From Chloroflexota bacterium (lineage in GTDB: Bacteria > Chloroflexota > UBA11872 > VXOZ01): a stretch of DNA of 64,000 bases. Under the pieces are notes generated by a model, which ran no database searches, had not been told where the DNA came from, and saw only the letters and a program-made list of their open reading frames with translations. The position numbers and the translations under genes are program-made. The stretch is from assembly GCA_963662335.2 (NCBI GenBank), contig CAXXVD010000004.1, forward strand, positions 1-64,000, written 5' to 3'. Positions 31,013 through 40,420 of the stretch are shown here, piece by piece (within the stretch, counting starts at the first letter, position 1; every line of letters starts with the position of its first letter).

Positions 31013-32032
31013 GTGCTCAACTGGCTCAAACGCGGCATCATCGTAGCGGTCGCGGCCGTGGCGGCGTACGCGGCCTACACGCGCCTCAAGCCGCGCCCAA
31101 TTCCCGTGGACGCCTTGCACACTGACGGCCAATTCGTCTCCGTGGACGGCCTGCGGATACACTACCGCGCCGCCGGCGCGGGCCCGGCATTGATTCTCAT
31201 CCACGGCATCGGCGCCAATCTCTTCACGTGGCGGCTCGTCTTCGACGCGCTGGCGCAGGAGTATGCGGTCTATGCCCTCGACCTCAAAGGACACGGCCTC
31301 TCCGACAAACCTGACAGCGGGGACTACTCCCCGTTCGGCATGGCCGACTTGGTGGCCGGGTTCATGGACGCGCTGGGGCTGGAATCCGCCAGGGTGATCG
31401 GACTCTCCATGGGCGGCGCGATTACGCTGGCGCTGGCGGCCCGGCATCCGGCGCGGGTGCGGCAGGCGGTGGCGATAAGCCCGGCCGGCTATCCGCTGGA
31501 TTACCACGTCATGCCGGTAGCCGCGCGCCTCGCCGGCACGCTTCTGGGCAGCGCGATTGCGGCTCTCATGCTGCGCCAGCGCGGCATCATCGAGCTTTAC
31601 CTGCGCCAGAACTACTATGAACCCGACCGCCTGTGCACGCCGGAAGCGGTCGACGGCTACTTCTTGCCCCTGCTCACGCCGGGGTTGGGCGGCGTGATTC
31701 CGCGGCTGGCCCGCGACTTTGGACAGACCAGCATCGCCCACCGCCTGCGAGACATTGCCGCCCCGACTCTCATCCTCTGGGGGCAGCACGACGCCATCAT
31801 CCCCATGCACTGGGGCCACCGTTTCCAGCGGGACATTCCCAACGCGGAACTGGTGGTCTTCCCCAAGTGCGGACATTGCCTGCAAGAGGAGCAGCCTGAG
31901 CGGTTCCTGGAGACGGTGCGCGCCTTCTTCCAGCGCCATGAAGCCGCCGCCAATGCCCCAGAATCCGGCATTGCCTCGGAATCTGACAATACCCCGGATT
32001 CTGAGAGCGCGAACGCCTCCCATCTCCGGTAG
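31013..32032 (+). CDS. Membrane-anchored alpha/beta hydrolase
   Basis: N-terminal hydrophobic segment, LIHG, DLKGHG, GLSMGG, WGQHD and CGH; GAGGAG SD. Confidence 0.88.
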   Translation: MLNWLKRGIIVAVAAVAAYAAYTRLKPRPIPVDALHTDGQFVSVDGLRIHYRAAGAGPALILIHGIGANLFTWRLVFDALAQEYAVYALDLKGHGLSDKPDSGDYSPFGMADLVAGFMDALGLESARVIGLSMGGAITLALAARHPARVRQAVAISPAGYPLDYHVMPVAARLAGTLLGSAIAALMLRQRGIIELYLRQNYYEPDRLCTPEAVDGYFLPLLTPGLGGVIPRLARDFGQTSIAHRLRDIAAPTLILWGQHDAIIPMHWGHRFQRDIPNAELVVFPKCGHCLQEEQPERFLETVRAFFQRHEAAANAPESGIASESDNTPDSESANASHLR

Positions 32033-32179
32033 CGCAGGTTACAAACCTGCGCCGCGTACCCCAAATGCGGGGGCGAGCCTTCGTAGCGCGGGGGCTTGTC
32101 CCCCGCCTCTTGGCGCAAATCCCAAACACGCCCCGCCGGGTAGGGGCACGGCATGCCGTGCCCCTACCCGGCGGGGCGT
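32029..32179. repeat. Cluster of three different GTAG REP families, the last within a perfect 52-bp palindrome
   Basis: GTAGCGCAGGTTACAAACCTGCG (32029), GTAGCGCGGGGGCTTGTCCCCCGC (32083) and palindrome 32128-32179. Confidence 0.88.
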
Positions 32180-32209
32180 CGCCATTCATCGCTTGCGCTG
32201 AAATCCTGC

Positions 32210-33187
32210 TCAGGAAATGATCGCGGCGCACGTCGGCGCGGGCAGGCCGTCGCCCACCGGCTGCCAGGCAAGGTCATCGAACGCCGCGTGGTAGACCGCA
32301 TCGTCCAGCACCACCGCGAAGACGTCCTGCGCGTCGCAGATGATGTGCTCGCACATGCGGTCGAGGGGAAAAGTCAGATTCTGTTCGGCGTCCTGCCAGG
32401 TGTCGCCGCCGTCGCGGGTCACCATCATGCGGCCCAAGCGCCCCACGCGACGGGAAGGCCCGACGACGACCGTAGCGGGATCGTCCGCTTTGATGCACAC
32501 GCCGCGCGTATAGTCGTCGATGAGATGCTGCCACGACGCGCCCCGGTCGGTGGAACGAAAGACGCCGCCGCCCGTGGCCGCCATGATCGTAGCCGGCTGC
32601 GCGGGATGGATGTCGATGCTGTGCACGTCCGGATGCAGGCCGTCCGCCGGGTATTCCCACTGGCCGACTTTTTCTGAGATCTGCCACGTGCCGCCGTCGT
32701 TGCGGCTCTCGGCCAGGCCGCCCACCTCGATTGCCGCCCAGACCGCGTCTTCTCCGCCGTCCAGCATGATGATTGTGCGCACGGCCCCGGCACGGGGCGA
32801 ATAGGGCAGGAACCACTCCGCGCAGCCGGGCAGCGCCGTAAAGCCGTCCTCTTCCGTCCACGTAGCGCCGCCGTCGCGGCTGAGCCACACCCGGGCCGGT
32901 TCGGTGCCCACGCGCACGATTTGCGGGTCATGAGGATGGTAGGATACCGAACGAATATAAGGACTGCCCTGCCAGGCGGACACGGCCTCCCAACTTTCGC
33001 CGCCGTCAGCGGTTCTGAAGAGCCCGGCGCCGTGGGTGCCGGCAATTGCCTGGCGGCCGTCCGGATGCGCGGCTACCGCCTCGATCTCCTGGTCGTTCAG
33101 GCCGGACGCTTGCACGTCCCAACCGTCAGACGCACGCGCCAACCGGAAGATTCCCTTTTCTGCGCCCACGTAGATTTGCTCCGCCAT
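32210..33187 (-). CDS. BNR/Asp-box repeat beta-propeller protein
   Basis: RTADGGESW, SRDGGATW, SRNDGGTW, HPDVHSI and RSTDRGASW repeats. Confidence 0.85.
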   Translation of the reverse strand: MAEQIYVGAEKGIFRLARASDGWDVQASGLNDQEIEAVAAHPDGRQAIAGTHGAGLFRTADGGESWEAVSAWQGSPYIRSVSYHPHDPQIVRVGTEPARVWLSRDGGATWTEEDGFTALPGCAEWFLPYSPRAGAVRTIIMLDGGEDAVWAAIEVGGLAESRNDGGTWQISEKVGQWEYPADGLHPDVHSIDIHPAQPATIMAATGGGVFRSTDRGASWQHLIDDYTRGVCIKADDPATVVVGPSRRVGRLGRMMVTRDGGDTWQDAEQNLTFPLDRMCEHIICDAQDVFAVVLDDAVYHAAFDDLAWQPVGDGLPAPTCAAIIS

Positions 33188-33283
33188 GACGCACGCCCCC
33201 TTCAAAGTTGCAGCAATGGTACCGTCTGTTTCAATGCGGGCCCAATACAACCGGAGTGCGCTCGCCTCGCGCCATCACGCCGA

Positions 33284-34399
33284 TCACACCGGGCTGCTGG
33301 CGCGCTCCGCCTGCTTCCGCGCCACAATCTCCTCTACCTCCTCGATGAGCAGATCGAAGAGTTCGTCTTCCCGGCAGCTTTTCACCGGCTTGCCTTTGCG
33401 GAAGAGCGCGCCCTTGCCGCGGCCGCCGGCGATGCCCACGTCGGCGTCCCGCGCCTCGCCGGGACCGTTCACCACGCAGCCCATCACGGCCACCTTCACC
33501 GGTTCCTTGACGTTTTGGAGAAAGCTCTCGACCCGTTCCGCCAACTCGATCAGTTCGATTTCGCAGCGGCCGCAGGTGGGGCAAGCGATGAGCGTCGGGC
33601 CGTGCTCGCGGAGTCCCAGCGACTTGAGGATTTCGTATCCGGCAAATATCTCTTCCCGCGAATCCGCCGCCAGCGAGACCCGCAGCGTATCGCCAATGCC
33701 CTGGTAGAGCAGGACGCCCAGCCCCACGGCGCTCTTGACCATGCCGGCCTTGGGCGTGCCCGCCTCGGTGATGCCCAGGTGCAGCGGGTACTCAACCCGG
33801 TCGGCGATAAGCTGATAGGCCAGAATCGTCGTCGGCACGTCCGAGGCCTTGAGCGAAATCTTGATGTCGGTAAAGTCCATGTCCTCCAGGATCTTCACGT
33901 GGTCGAGCGCCGACTCCACCATCGCCGCCGCGGTCTTCTCCACCTTTTCGTCGCCTTCCAGCATCATCAGTTCGGGTATCAGCCGCGACTCCAGCGAGCC
34001 GACGTTCACCCCGATGCGCATGGGCACCCGGCGGTCCTTGGCCTCTTTCACCACCATGCGCGTCTTCTCTTTGCTGCCGATGTTGCCGGGGTTGAGCCGC
34101 AGCCCGTCCACGCCGGCTTCCAGGGCGCGCAACGCCAGACGGTAGTCGAAGTGGATGTCGGCAATCACCGGAATCGGCGAGCGCCGGCGAATCTCCGGCA
34201 GCGCGTCGGCGTCCTCCTTGTGCGGCACGGCCACGCGCACGATTTCGCAGCCGGCCTCGGCCAGACCGAGAATCTCCGCCACGCTCGCCTCCACGTCCCG
34301 CGTAAAGGCCGTGGTCATGGACTGCACCCGAATCGGCGCGCCGCCGCCAATCGTGACGCCGCCGATGCTGATCTGCTTGGAAATGCGACGCGGGATCAT
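33284..34399 (-). CDS. ispG: HMBPP synthase (flavodoxin-dependent)
   Basis: VQSMT, ADIHF, RLNPGNIG, HLGITEAG, GIGDTLRVSL, CPTCGR and MGCVVNGPGEA motifs. Confidence 0.97.
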   Translation of the reverse strand: MIPRRISKQISIGGVTIGGGAPIRVQSMTTAFTRDVEASVAEILGLAEAGCEIVRVAVPHKEDADALPEIRRRSPIPVIADIHFDYRLALRALEAGVDGLRLNPGNIGSKEKTRMVVKEAKDRRVPMRIGVNVGSLESRLIPELMMLEGDEKVEKTAAAMVESALDHVKILEDMDFTDIKISLKASDVPTTILAYQLIADRVEYPLHLGITEAGTPKAGMVKSAVGLGVLLYQGIGDTLRVSLAADSREEIFAGYEILKSLGLREHGPTLIACPTCGRCEIELIELAERVESFLQNVKEPVKVAVMGCVVNGPGEARDADVGIAGGRGKGALFRKGKPVKSCREDELFDLLIEEVEEIVARKQAERASSPV

Positions 34400-34537
34400 G
34401 CCTACCTCATCTACCTCGCTGTGTCACACGAGACCTGCGTTAAGTGTGACGCATCCGGCGGCCTGACGCAAGAGCGGCAGTGACCGCTCTCAGCAGAACG
34501 ATCAGCACGAAAACGGGCAGGGGCTACACCAACGCTG

Positions 34538-35332
34538 CTACTCTCCGGTTCCGGTAGAGCTATAGTGCCGCAGCGCGAAGATATACGTGAGATAGGAGAG
34601 GCCAAAGAGGAGCAAGCCTACACCCAGGCTAAACGCGCCGGGCCACGCGTAGTCGCCGCCCCGCAGCGCAAACGCCACCGGGTAGAAGGTGGTGAAACCA
34701 AAGGGGACAATCGTGAGCAGCGATTGCAGCGGCATAGGAAAGATGTCCAAGGGATACTTCACGTAGTCATTGAGTGAAGAGAACGACTGCCACACGGCAA
34801 ACGTGCGGCCCACCCACACCGTGATGCACGAAATGAGCGTGGCAATCCCCGTCCAGACCAAAGTCGAGGCGGCGAGCGCGACGATCAACCACAGGATGAC
34901 CCCAGGCCGCGCGTATAGTTCCAGGCGCATCACGGCTACGCTAAAGGCCGCGCCGAAGAAGATTAGGTTCAAGAGGGATTCGAAGGGCATCTCCCGTGCC
35001 GATTCTTGCACGTAGACCGGCAGCGGGCGCACCAAGGCGTAGTCCAGTTCACCGTTATAGAACAAGACCTTCGACTGCGTTGCAAAGCAGAAGAATGCGT
35101 CGTGGACATAGAAGCCAATCACACCGGTGCACCACATCAGCACCACTTCCCACGGCGTCCAATCGCCCAGGCGCTCAACGAAACTGAAGGCGATACCGAG
35201 GAAAGCGAGTTGCAAGGCAAACCGCACGAGGCGCGTGGCAAGTTGCAGCCACGCATCCACGCGATACTGCGCATACTGCTTGAGGCGCAGCGTAATGCTC
35301 ACACCGTACACGTGCAGCAGATGGCTCAGCAC
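34538..35332 (-). CDS. ABC-2 family permease (DUF990-like)
   Basis: QYRVD, GELDYALVRPLP, KYPLDIFP and RHYSSTG; multi-TM. Confidence 0.88.
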   Translation of the reverse strand: MLSHLLHVYGVSITLRLKQYAQYRVDAWLQLATRLVRFALQLAFLGIAFSFVERLGDWTPWEVVLMWCTGVIGFYVHDAFFCFATQSKVLFYNGELDYALVRPLPVYVQESAREMPFESLLNLIFFGAAFSVAVMRLELYARPGVILWLIVALAASTLVWTGIATLISCITVWVGRTFAVWQSFSSLNDYVKYPLDIFPMPLQSLLTIVPFGFTTFYPVAFALRGGDYAWPGAFSLGVGLLLFGLSYLTYIFALRHYSSTGTGE

Positions 35333-35414
35333 CGGCCTGCCAACCTTTGCATTTTAGGGTAGGTAGCGGCACACCGTAGCTCAAGCGCGGCGTTTGCAAT
35401 CGTCCCCAACGGTC

Positions 35415-36242
35415 TCATCCTCCCTGCACCTCCAGCCGGAGCGCGGCGCGCCCCCACAGCCAGCGGCCCGCGAGCAGCAGCGCTATTCCCCACACCGCTT
35501 GGACGCCAAGGGCAAAGATAAGCTCTTGCCCGTGCAGCCGGCCCAGGTAGATGGAGACCGGCGTATGTACCACGGCCTGAAACGGCAAGAAGGCGGCAAG
35601 AACGGCCAACGGCGCCGGCAAGAGTGCCAGCGGAATGAGTGTGCCGCCAAAGAACTCCTGGATGGCCGTGCGCACCATCATGAGCCCCAAGAAGTCGTAG
35701 GTCCACACCGTCAACAACGCCATGAGAAAATGAATGCCGCTCATGACGAACCAGGCCAGCGCCACACTCACGACAAAGAGCGCGCCGTCCACCGCTGAGG
35801 CGGGCAACGCAAGGTTGCCGCTCACGAACCAGACCAGCCAGACCGGCACGGCCACCAGCAGCGCATCCACGACAAAGACCGCCGCCCACTCCATGTAGCG
35901 CATCGCTTGCAAATCCAACGGACGCACAAGATCAAGACTGATCTTGCCCGTCTGCACGTAGTTCATGGCGTTGTACACCACGTTCCGGTTGATCCATCCC
36001 ATGCGCGCCAAGTTCACAACCTGGGCCACGACCAGGTAGGTAACGAGTTCCTGTTCGCCAAATGCGCTCTGCACCGTGCCGCTGCCGCCGTGAATTACCT
36101 TCCAGACACTCACCAATACCCAACTGGCGACGAGCGTAACCAGCAGGCTCATGAAGAAGTTGAAGCGCATGGCCAGGCCCACCTTCAGGAAGGCGGTCAC
36201 CGCGCCCCAATAGGGCAACGATGTGTCACGCAGGCGGCTCAT
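35415..36242 (-). CDS. ABC-2 family permease (DUF990-like)
   Basis: GKISLDLVRPL, FGGTLIPLALLP, PVSIYLG and C-terminal VQGG. Confidence 0.88.
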   Translation of the reverse strand: MSRLRDTSLPYWGAVTAFLKVGLAMRFNFFMSLLVTLVASWVLVSVWKVIHGGSGTVQSAFGEQELVTYLVVAQVVNLARMGWINRNVVYNAMNYVQTGKISLDLVRPLDLQAMRYMEWAAVFVVDALLVAVPVWLVWFVSGNLALPASAVDGALFVVSVALAWFVMSGIHFLMALLTVWTYDFLGLMMVRTAIQEFFGGTLIPLALLPAPLAVLAAFLPFQAVVHTPVSIYLGRLHGQELIFALGVQAVWGIALLLAGRWLWGRAALRLEVQGG

Positions 36243-37254
36243 GCAGGCCTCCCTCGCGAAAGACGTTGCGGATCACCTCTTCCACGCGCGGTTCGGTGAT
36301 AGTAAGATTGCCTACCTCCGCAAGATTGAGAAGAACGCGGGCAACCTCGGTAGCGCCGCCGGCATCGGCCAGACCGGAAATGCGCACCATGCTGCCGAAT
36401 TGCTCCACAGCGGCGTGCGGCCACTGCGCTTGAACCGTCTGCTCTATCCTCTCCTGGGCGCCGGCAGGCGCTTCTACCTGTACCACCTTGGACGCGGCGA
36501 AACGGTCAACGAGACGGCGCAAGCTGCCGTCGTAGACCACACGCCCTTTGTCGATCAGTATCACCCGTTCGCAAAGCTCCTCGATGTCCGCAAGGTCGTG
36601 GGTCGTGAGAATGACCGCAACGCCGTGTTCATCCCGCATCGCGGCGATGAAGCGGCGGATCGACTGCTTTGCCTCCACGTCCAGGCCGATGGTAGGCTCA
36701 TCCAAGAAGACTACCTTAGGGCGATGCAGAAACGTCGCCGCCACGTCGCAGCGCGTGCGTTGCCCCTGGCTGAGGGTCCGCACCGGCTGATTCAGCAGCG
36801 GGACCAAGTCCAGCACGTCCGCAAGTTCGCCTAAACGCTGCTGAAAGTCCTGTTGCGGAATGCGGTAGACCGCGCGCAGGAACTGGAGAGAGTCGATCGC
36901 CGGCAACTCGAAGATGAGTTGGCTGCGCTGGCCAAAGAGCACGCCGATCTCCCGCGCATTCCGGATGCGCTGGCGATGAGGATCGCGGCCCAGCACGCGC
37001 ACGTCACCTGAATCCGCATACATGATCCCGGCCACTATCTTCACCGTGGTGGATTTGCCGGCGCCGTTCGGCCCCAGCAGACCCACTACCTCGCCCTGCG
37101 GAATCGTGAACGAGATGCCGTCCAGCGCCCGGATGTGTTGGTATTCCGGCGCGACGAAGGAACGCAGCCAACCAAAGCGTCCTTCCCGTCGCCGCTCCAC
37201 CCGGTACGACTTCACCAGATCTTGAACAGTGATTGCGTCAGCGCTGATACTCAC
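36226..37254 (-). CDS. ABC transporter ATP-binding protein
   Basis: GPNGAGKST, FGQRSQL, LSQGQR, FLDEPTIGLD and TTHDLADIE motifs. Confidence 0.93.
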   Translation of the reverse strand: MSISADAITVQDLVKSYRVERRREGRFGWLRSFVAPEYQHIRALDGISFTIPQGEVVGLLGPNGAGKSTTVKIVAGIMYADSGDVRVLGRDPHRQRIRNAREIGVLFGQRSQLIFELPAIDSLQFLRAVYRIPQQDFQQRLGELADVLDLVPLLNQPVRTLSQGQRTRCDVAATFLHRPKVVFLDEPTIGLDVEAKQSIRRFIAAMRDEHGVAVILTTHDLADIEELCERVILIDKGRVVYDGSLRRLVDRFAASKVVQVEAPAGAQERIEQTVQAQWPHAAVEQFGSMVRISGLADAGGATEVARVLLNLAEVGNLTITEPRVEEVIRNVFREGGLHEPPA

Positions 37255-37400
37255 CGGCTAAACGACTCTCAAACATGTGCGGGGGTGATTCAAGGGAGAC
37301 CAAGTATACCGTAGTGTAAGCAGACAAGCAATCCGCATTGAGAAGGGAGATTTGTAGCTGAGGACCAGCCCAAACGCTGGCTATCGTCCCATGCTCGCGG

Positions 37401-37429
37401 TTGTGCGCTGCCGGTTGCCGTGCTATACT
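37401..37429 (+). promoter_or_regulatory. sigma70-type promoter of rnpB
   Basis: TTGTGC-17 bp-TATACT with extended TG; RNA starts about 7 nt downstream. Confidence 0.7.
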
Positions 37430-37436
37430 GACAAAT

Positions 37437-37764
37437 GTTGAGTAGACTAGACAGTCGCGCGGCGAGCATGCGTAGCGTGTGCACGCCGTGAGGAAAGTCC
37501 CCACTCCATAGGGCAGGGCAGCGGGTAACACCCGTCCGCCGTGAGGCGCGGAATAGGGCCACAGAGACTACCGCCGGCCACCGTGGCGGCTTCACGGCGT
37601 GTTGGCCGGAGTGAAAAGGGTAACCTCTGCCCGGAGCAAGGCCAAGAGAGGGACGTTGAGGCGGCTCGCGGAGTCCCGGGTAGGCCGCACAGAGGCGCAG
37701 CGCAAGCTGCCGTCCAAGATAGATGGCTGTCCGCGACAGAATGGGGCTTATCGGTTTACTCAAC
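37437..37764 (+). ncRNA. rnpB: RNase P RNA (type A-derived, lacking P13/P14)
   Basis: P1 GTTGAGTAGAC/GTTTACTCAAC; GAGGAAAGTCC; CCACAGAGA; GAGCAAGGCCAA; GGGTAGGCCGC; ACAGAATGGGGCTTA. Confidence 0.95.
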
Positions 37765-37791
37765 AAAGCGCTCGCGGCGACGCGCACGCGA

Positions 37792-37866
37792 CGCGGGGTG
37801 GAGCAGTGGCAGCTCGTCAGGCTCATAACCTGAAGGTCGAGGGTTCGAATCCCTCCCCCGCTACCA
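37792..37866 (+). tRNA. Initiator tRNA-fMet (CAU)
   Basis: CGCGGGGTGGAGCAGTGGCAGCTCGTCAGGCTCATAACCTGAAGGTCGAGGGTTCGAATCCCTCCCCCGCTACCA; C1 is unpaired with position 72. Confidence 0.95.
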
Positions 37867-38013
37867 ACAGGGCAATCGCCTTCCGCTCTTAGGCGCGTGT
37901 CAAGTCCGTCCGGATTGCGCGTGGGCGCGGTGCCCGGCGTTAACCCCCATAGCCTACTCCCACCGCACGCTTGGAACGAACGAAGCGTCATTTCACGGCA
38001 CGGAGGTCTCATT

Positions 38014-38445
38014 ATGGCTGCGCTCAGGCGCCTGGCCGCGCTCTACGTTTTCGTCGTTGGCGCGGCAATCGCACTGCACTTTCTCGTTACCCGCTTCTAC
38101 GACCCGGCGTGGTCTGACGCCTCGCTTCCCGTCTGGGAAGTCCTCAATCCGCTGCAGGTGATCGCCTTGGCCATCGCCCTTGTCGTCGCCTACGCGCATA
38201 AACGCAGCGTTGACGCGGGAGCCGGCGATGGGCCGGTCACGCGGGCGTACCTGGAAGCAAACGTCCTGTTCTACTTCTCGGCGGCGCTCTTCCTGGCGCT
38301 GCTCTGGAACTGGTTTGGCGTGCAGTGGGCCGAGCCGACCACGAGCGACAACCAACTGTGGGTGATCATCGACGTCACGCTGCCGCTTGTGCTCTATGCC
38401 ACCGGCATCCGGCTCTGGCGCGACGCCGGCGCCGACGCCGCGTAG
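38014..38445 (+). CDS. Hypothetical 4-TM membrane protein
   Basis: GGAGG SD, four hydrophobic stretches, GC3-rich codons. Confidence 0.75.
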   Translation: MAALRRLAALYVFVVGAAIALHFLVTRFYDPAWSDASLPVWEVLNPLQVIALAIALVVAYAHKRSVDAGAGDGPVTRAYLEANVLFYFSAALFLALLWNWFGVQWAEPTTSDNQLWVIIDVTLPLVLYATGIRLWRDAGADAA

Positions 38446-38478
38446 AGTCCAGTCCGCCCACGCCCCCGGAGGCGCGCA

Positions 38479-38940
38479 TTGGCAAAGACCGTCTATCTCG
38501 CCAATCCCTACGGCTTCTCAATCCAGCAGAAGGAACTCTTGCTGCCCGCGCTCATTGCTGCCCTGGAAGAGCTCGGGTTAGAGGTGTGGGAGCCGTTCGC
38601 GCGCAACAACCAGGTGGACTTTTCAGAACCGGGGTGGGCCTATGAGATCGGCCAGGCCGACTACCGGGACGTGGCGCAGGCGGACGCCATCTTTGCCGTA
38701 GTCAACGGCGTGCCGCCGGATGAAGGGGTGATGGTGGAATTGGGCATGGCAATTGCCCTCGGCAAGCCCACATTTCTCTTCCGCGACGACATGCGCTCGG
38801 CCACCGACAGCGGCATGTATCCCCTGAACCTGATGCTCTTCACCGGCCTGCCGGAAGAGGGCTGGCAAGACTACTACTACACGCGGCTCGAGGAACTGGC
38901 GGCGCCGGATAAAGCGCTGGCCCGGTGGGCGCGGGAGTAA
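38479..38940 (+). CDS. Nucleoside 2-deoxyribosyltransferase family protein
   Basis: VYLANP, DEGVMVELGMA and NLML motifs; GGAGG SD with TTG start. Confidence 0.85.
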   Translation: MAKTVYLANPYGFSIQQKELLLPALIAALEELGLEVWEPFARNNQVDFSEPGWAYEIGQADYRDVAQADAIFAVVNGVPPDEGVMVELGMAIALGKPTFLFRDDMRSATDSGMYPLNLMLFTGLPEEGWQDYYYTRLEELAAPDKALARWARE

Positions 38941-38966
38941 TGGTTTTTCCACACCACGATTTCGTC

Positions 38967-38993
38967 ACACCCCCGCACCGGGGGTGTTTCGTT
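38967..38993 (+). terminator. Probable intrinsic terminator
   Basis: ACACCCCC-GCACC-GGGGGTGT followed by TTCGTT, after the deoxyribosyltransferase stop. Confidence 0.5.
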
Positions 38994-39060
38994 GCCCACA
39001 GGCAGAGTCTTCGGACCCAATCCCGCCGGTGCGAGGCGCCATTTGAGAGAGAGTTTGCCG

Positions 39061-40305
39061 ATGGAAGGCAATTCTGAAATTCCCGCGTGGCTCAACGCGC
39101 TTGCCCAAGAGAGCGGCATGGAGCGGCGCGCGCTCTTGAGCCTGCTCGCTACCGGCGGAGTCGCGGCGGCGCTTATGGCGTGCGCGGAAGTGCGCGTTTC
39201 CACAGATTCACAGAGATTGTCCGACAAGACGCCGGCTGCGGCTACGCCGCCTCCCTTCTACAAGAATTCGGAACCGTTTATCACGCACGGGGAGAGAGGG
39301 CTGGAGTCCCGCCTGGAGCAGATGCAGGGATTCGTAACGCCGAATCGCCTCTTCTTCGTGCGCAACAATTCCGCCAGCATCGCGGTAAACCCTGACGAGT
39401 GGCGGCTAGCGCTCGAAGGCGATGCCGTCGCGACGCCGCAGGAGTTCTCCTACGCGGACATCCGCCGCCTGCCCAGTCGCACGGTTACGGCCTATCTGGA
39501 GTGCGCCGGCAACCAGCGCGCCATGTTCGACCTGGTCAAAGGGCAAGCGGCGCAGGGCACCCAGTGGCTGACCGGCGCGGTGGGCAACGGCGTCTGGACC
39601 GGCGTTTCGCTGCGGGACGCGCTCGAATTGGCCGGTGTAACAGCGGATGCCGCCAGCGTGCTATTGGTCGGCCTCGACACAGAATCGCCGGAAGGCGGTT
39701 GGCGGCGCGCATTGCCAATTGCAAAGGCGCTCGACCCGGATACGCTCCTGGCCTACGGGCTGAACGGCGAGGATTTGCCCCAAGACCACGGCTACCCGCT
39801 GCGCGCGCTCGTGCCCGGTTGGGTGGGCAGCGCCAGCGTCAAGTGGCTGAGCCACATCGTCGTCTCCCGCGAGCAGTTCTGGACGCGCAACAACACCACC
39901 TCCTACGTGCTCATCGGCGACAACTACCCGCCGGATGGCGCGGCGCTGGGCAAACCCCTCACCACGCAAGCCATCAAGAGCGCCCTGGCGTTGCCATGGC
40001 CTGCCCAATTGGCCGTGGGCGCGCACCGCCTGCATGGGTACGCCCACTCGCCGTTCGGTCAGATTACACAGGTTGACTGGAGCCTGGACTCCGGGGCTAC
40101 CTGGAATCAGGCGCGGGTGCTCGCGCCGCAGGTCCAGTATTCATGGGCGCGTTTCGAGTTGGCGTGGGACGCCCCGGCAGGTGAACACACCCTCATGACC
40201 CGGGCCACGGACGCGGCCGGCAATACCCAGCCGCAGGAGATTCCCTTCAACGAAAAGGGCTATCTCTTCAACCAGCCGCTGCCGCACCCAATCCACGTCT
40301 CCTGA
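39061..40305 (+). CDS. Sulfite oxidase-family molybdopterin enzyme, Tat lipoprotein
   Basis: ERRALL Tat motif, LMAC lipobox, FFVRN, LECAGN, DHGYPLRALVPGWVG...VKWL and RATDAAGNTQP. Confidence 0.9.
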   Translation: MEGNSEIPAWLNALAQESGMERRALLSLLATGGVAAALMACAEVRVSTDSQRLSDKTPAAATPPPFYKNSEPFITHGERGLESRLEQMQGFVTPNRLFFVRNNSASIAVNPDEWRLALEGDAVATPQEFSYADIRRLPSRTVTAYLECAGNQRAMFDLVKGQAAQGTQWLTGAVGNGVWTGVSLRDALELAGVTADAASVLLVGLDTESPEGGWRRALPIAKALDPDTLLAYGLNGEDLPQDHGYPLRALVPGWVGSASVKWLSHIVVSREQFWTRNNTTSYVLIGDNYPPDGAALGKPLTTQAIKSALALPWPAQLAVGAHRLHGYAHSPFGQITQVDWSLDSGATWNQARVLAPQVQYSWARFELAWDAPAGEHTLMTRATDAAGNTQPQEIPFNEKGYLFNQPLPHPIHVS

Positions 40306-40420
40306 AACTCCCGCGCGCGCCTTGTGCGTTTGGCGCATGAGCACCCGTTTGCCCTATTATGGAATTAGGGGCCGCAGCACGCGCGTTCCCAGCGACCAGG
40401 CAATTCACGAAGGGAATCCT

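Noticed and set aside
37867-38940. Integrative island at tRNA-fMet
   Set aside because: No integrase, no tRNA 3' direct repeat noticed, and composition is unchanged.
38941-39060. Canonical Moco riboswitch
   Set aside because: The characteristic conserved segments were not recognisable; kept only as a weak structured-leader candidate.
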